Position numbers and translations under genes: made by a program
Shown here: one piece after another, positions 60,635-64,000 of the stretch
How the letters are laid out: each line of letters starts with the position of its first letter
Numbering within the stretch: the stretch's first letter is position 1
NCBI GenBank assembly: GCA_951406725.2
Contig: OX597831.1
Location: 31,930,001-31,994,000, forward strand
Direction: 5' to 3'
Length of the DNA stretch: 64,000 bases
From: Octopus vulgaris
Lineage: Eukaryota
The notes under the pieces: generated by a model
Database searches by the model: none
Seen by the model: only the letters and a program-made list of their open reading frames with translations
What the model was told of the DNA's origin: nothing

Positions 60635-62322
60635 TATATCATCATCATCATCATCATTTAATGTCCATTTTCCATGCTGGCATATGGTGGCTGGGACAAA
60701 GACTTTAACTTCTCAACACCCTGATATAAAGCCATCTCCCTCAATACTATCAGCTCATTCAGCTGAGGTGGGGGTCGTGTCTTTTGAGGTATGTGGTAAG
60801 CTCGCTAGTACTGGTGCCATGAATAAAAAGGCACTTGGTACATTCTCTCCAACCATAGAAACTGTGCAAAAGCAGACATTGAAGCTCAATGCAGTCTTCA
60901 GGTTCCTCAGTTCTTGTTGAAGTGTCCAACCTGTGGCAGCCAGGAACATTAAATGATGACAGTGATAATGATGATTTAAAGATTACTTCAATGTTGAACT
61001 TGGTAATAAACTGGGGTCGAAATAATTATGTCAATTTTTAAATAAAAAAATAGAAAACTCTATATTCATACCATGTATTGAGTACAAGATATGAAAGTAG
61101 TTCACTTTGAACCAATTCCAACTGAGAATGCAATACACACACACACACACACACATCAGAAAATAAGGACACATAATTTTACACACCTCATTTAATTGTT
61201 CCTGTCAAAAGACAGATACCCTGAAATGGAAATAGTGTTCTAATCCCGATGTGTGTGTTGGTAGATTTATGTATTAATTCACTAAACCCCGTGAAACAAA
61301 AACTAGGGTAGGGGGTAATGCTGTAAGTCCCATGGGACCCTGCATAGATTTGTTTCTGTTTTGGTTCCTACTAATACCATTCAAAATATTGATAAGAAAA
61401 CTTATCATTTTAAATGTCTTCAAACGCAGAAACAATTTTCTGTTTTCATCTTGATTTATTGTAAACCCCCCCCCCAGTTGCTTGATTGTTTTCTTTATCG
61501 GTTTTTGTTGGATGTGGTGGTGTTGGTGGGGTTTAAAGGAGTTTGCATTCATGATCTTAAACCCAAAACTGATAGAATTGTAGCCTAAATAGCTGGATGT
61601 TGGTGTTGGAGTTGGGTAAAGATTTTTTGAAAGAAGAAAGACCAAAGTGGTTGGTATGAGCAGTTTTGGTAAGTGTTGTCCAACTTCATGGCACCTCATA
61701 TCGCAGCAAGGTAATCACTGGCCAAAAGGGGTTTGTGCAGGTCATTGGGCCATGGCAGCTGTTACATTGCATTGATGCAGTTATTCATAATTTGCTTCTC
61801 ACCCATGTGGTTTTAGGTTCAATCCTACTGTCTGACACCTCACATAACTGTTTAGGCGATTTGAGACTTTATCTGAACATCACACAGTTGTTGTAAATGA
61901 GTATCACCATTTCATACAAGCAGTATCCTTCATTTCCAATCTTCCATGAAAACATGTCTGGCCATCAAGAAGTATTATCTTTCTTGGGAACAAGTAAAGG
62001 TTGGTGACAAGAAGGACACTCAACTGTAGAAAATCTACCTTGACAGATTTCACCCAACCCACGAGAGCATAGAAACATGCACATTAGAATGATATACTTC
62101 TATATATGTGTGTGTGTGTGTGTGTGTACTTGTTTATATCTGTGCTCTATAAATGTTGCTTGCTATGAGCTGTGTTATTGCCATCACATCTATCAACAGA
62201 TCATCTGCTGGCTTTACACCTTCAAAAATATGTGAAGTAAGATACTTCCTACTCAAAAAGAAAGGTAAGTGTTAGCAGCAGGAAGAGTATCCAGCTGTAA
62301 AACAGTGCTTCAGTATTATAAG

Positions 62323-62554
62323 GTGGTGAGCTGGCAGAATCATTAGCACGTCGGACGAAATGCTTAGCGGTATTTCGGCTGCCGTTACGTTGTGAGTTCA
62401 AATTCCGCCGAGGTCGATTTTTTGCCTTTCACCCTTTCGGGGTCAATAAATTAAGTACCAGTTATGCACTATGGTCGATATAATCGACTTAATACCTATG
62501 TCTGTCCATGTTTGTCCCCTCTATGTTTAGCCCCTTGTGGGTAATAAAGAAATA
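62323..62554 (+). mobile_element. Family B SINE with 11-bp TSD, nested in an old RTE-tail copy
   Basis: AGTATTATAAG at 62312-62322 and 62555-62565. Confidence 0.87.
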
Positions 62555-63449
62555 AGTATTATAAGCCTCTAATCTATGCTAGCATGGAAAAACAGACTTA
62601 AAACAGATGGATGAACAAATATTAGATGTGTTGGATGAAAAGACAGGACAACATTATGAAAAGAAATAAGTATTAAATAAAAAACAGTAAATGTTTTGGA
62701 GGATGGGTCTTCTTGAGTACAATAATGTGCCATATATCTCGGTCCTTTGTCATCTCCTTCGTAAATCTCAGCATTTTAAGATCAGCCTTAAATACTTTGT
62801 CCTGTGTCTACCTGAGTCTCCTTCTTCTACAACTTCTGGGGAAAAATGAAAGAAAGAGGGACTCAAGGCAACGAATCAGGTTTCTGTAAGAAGCCTTCAA
62901 AACTTTAGGTTGCATGGAGTCAAAACTTCAAACTTTGGGTTGTATGAGGCCAAACCAAGTGGTTTTCACTTTCCACCTGCCAAATCTGCTCATAAGGCTT
63001 TGGTTGGCTCAGGGCTATAATTGAATTCACCAAAGATGTCATGCAATGGGATTGAACCCAAGACCACATGATTAGGGAGCTTCTTAATCATACAGCCATG
63101 CCTGTGACTGTAATTGAAAAGTTTACCAAAATAGCAGAATCTGAGGAAATTAATTCATGTTTTGTGTCTGTAGACAATTATAGAAATAGTTGAAACAGTG
63201 GAATGAATTTTATTCTGTGAAGAGGAAGAGATGTCAAGGTGTCTAACATTAGAGGTGGAATTACAGAATGGTGCCACCCACCTCCAAGTCAGATAGAAAT
63301 AAAATGTCAACTTAATCTTTAGTTTAGAATATGGTAAAAATTAATGTTAGGTGGGCAGAGAATGGAGATAAGGAAAGAAATTAAGAATCTCTGTGACTTA
63401 TTTTGTTCAGATAAACCAAAACAGATCTAATTCTTCTTGTGGTGGTATC

Positions 63450-64000
63450 ATTGGTAACTGAGTCAGCTCTGATGAAGTAAACCTATGATCAAAGACATCC
63501 CAGTCATGACCATCCTGTCTTCTTCCTACATGCAAGATACCCAGGACTAAATTAGTCAATGTATCTGTTTTAAGGGAAATTTAACTGCTATTTCTAGCAA
63601 GTCGAATGACCACATAAAGGTTTTTTGTTTCAGTCATTCATAATTGTGTGCATAATGTTGTTTAACCCTAGGTCAGTGCTCATTCGTTTGTCAATATAGC
63701 TTTATCTAAGATGATAGGATTTGATTTGATTCAATAGTCAAGTGACCACATAAAGGTTCCTTCCTCAATTCAAGCACGAGGAATCATGGAATCATTTGTG
63801 CAGTGTTGTCGTTTTTTAACCCAAGGTCAGTATTCATCAAGTGGATCTGATTGATCACAGACAACTCAGTCATGACTATCCTGTCATATCTCAGAATCTC
63901 TTTCTCACTCTTAGCTCATTCTTTGTTGTTGTTTAACACCAGATGGAACCAGATGAGCAGTACTATGATCAATACTCTAACCAAAGGCATTCCAACAGTG
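63450..64000 (-). repeat. Cluster of ~4 degenerate copies of a short interspersed repeat
   Basis: Recurrent TGTTTAACCC..GGTCAG and ATGATCA..GAC..CCAGTCATGAC.ATCC; similar sequence near 11570. Confidence 0.55.

Overview
Eukaryotic, AT-rich and repeat-dense genomic DNA. The SINE/LINE repertoire suggests a coleoid cephalopod, probably Octopus (inference). The window holds the last 15 coding exons of one + strand integrin alpha-subunit gene (5047..56593, about 716 aa). These cover beta-propeller blades 4-7, thigh, genu, calf-1, calf-2, TM and a cytoplasmic tail with GFFER in place of GFFKR. All exons join in frame through GT-AG sites; the 5' part of the gene lies upstream of the window. Introns and the 3' flank are a mosaic of mobile DNA: RTE LINE fragments and their (GAT)n-tailed 3' ends, several tRNA-headed SINE families, piggyBac-type, hAT-type and mariner-type MITEs, a decayed full-length mariner, an internally deleted piggyBac and a solo LTR. 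Most ORFs in the supplied track are artefacts of these repeats and of microsatellites. The most unusual candidate is a short, repeated, tRNA-headed element carrying a minimal hammerhead-ribozyme-like core and an inverted copy of its own 3' end (retrozyme/Penelope-like). Repeat family names come from motif recognition, not database searches, and repeat boundaries without TSDs are approximate.
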